DNA of 63,196 nt, the filler included, from Octopus bimaculoides (lineage: Eukaryota), in NCBI RefSeq assembly GCF_001194135.2. It is 4 parts of 4 records of this genome, joined end to end, with 100 filler letters (N's around TTAATTAATTAA, not from the genome) between each part and the next. Parts side by side here need not be neighbours in the genome. Positions count along the whole stretch, not along the records: positions 54,973 to 63,196 come from NC_068996.1; 3 more parts are not named here. One strand, 5' to 3'. Positions 63,159-63,196 of this stretch are shown here, piece by piece. The position numbers were made by a program, and so were the translations under genes. Every line of letters begins with the position of its first letter. Positions within the stretch are counted from its first letter, which is position 1. A model generated the notes under the pieces. That model had not been told where the DNA came from and made no database searches. It worked only from the letters and a program-made list of their open reading frames with translations.

Positions 63159-63196
<38 letters not shown>

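Overview
Repeat-dense, gappy animal genomic DNA, most likely cephalopod (Octopus-like; inferred from the SINE/RTE/microsatellite landscape, not verified). The only host gene supported is MEGF8 (+ strand): four consecutive kelch-repeat exons (1496-1761, 3512-3662, 4178-4361, 22121-22287) that splice in frame. The rest is decayed transposons: Gypsy LTR elements and a solo LTR, RTE LINE pieces, three distinct Penelope-like (PLE) remnants, a HERO-like restriction-endonuclease non-LTR fragment, Tc1/mariner, pogo-like, hAT, Helitron and THAP/SAP (ISL2EU-like) remnants, four tRNA-derived SINE families, and microsatellites. Three artificial N44-TTAATTAATTAA-N44 linkers divide the window into four joined pieces. 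The most interesting signal is RNA-structural: minimal Penelope-type hammerhead ribozyme folds, one downstream of a PLE ORF (19061-19101) and two embedded in a tRNA-headed SINE (19885-19930, 28035-28080, minus strand), i.e. a putative self-cleaving SINE. Most long ORFs in the supplied track are N-gap or microsatellite artefacts. TE boundaries are approximate unless a TSD or TIR is given.
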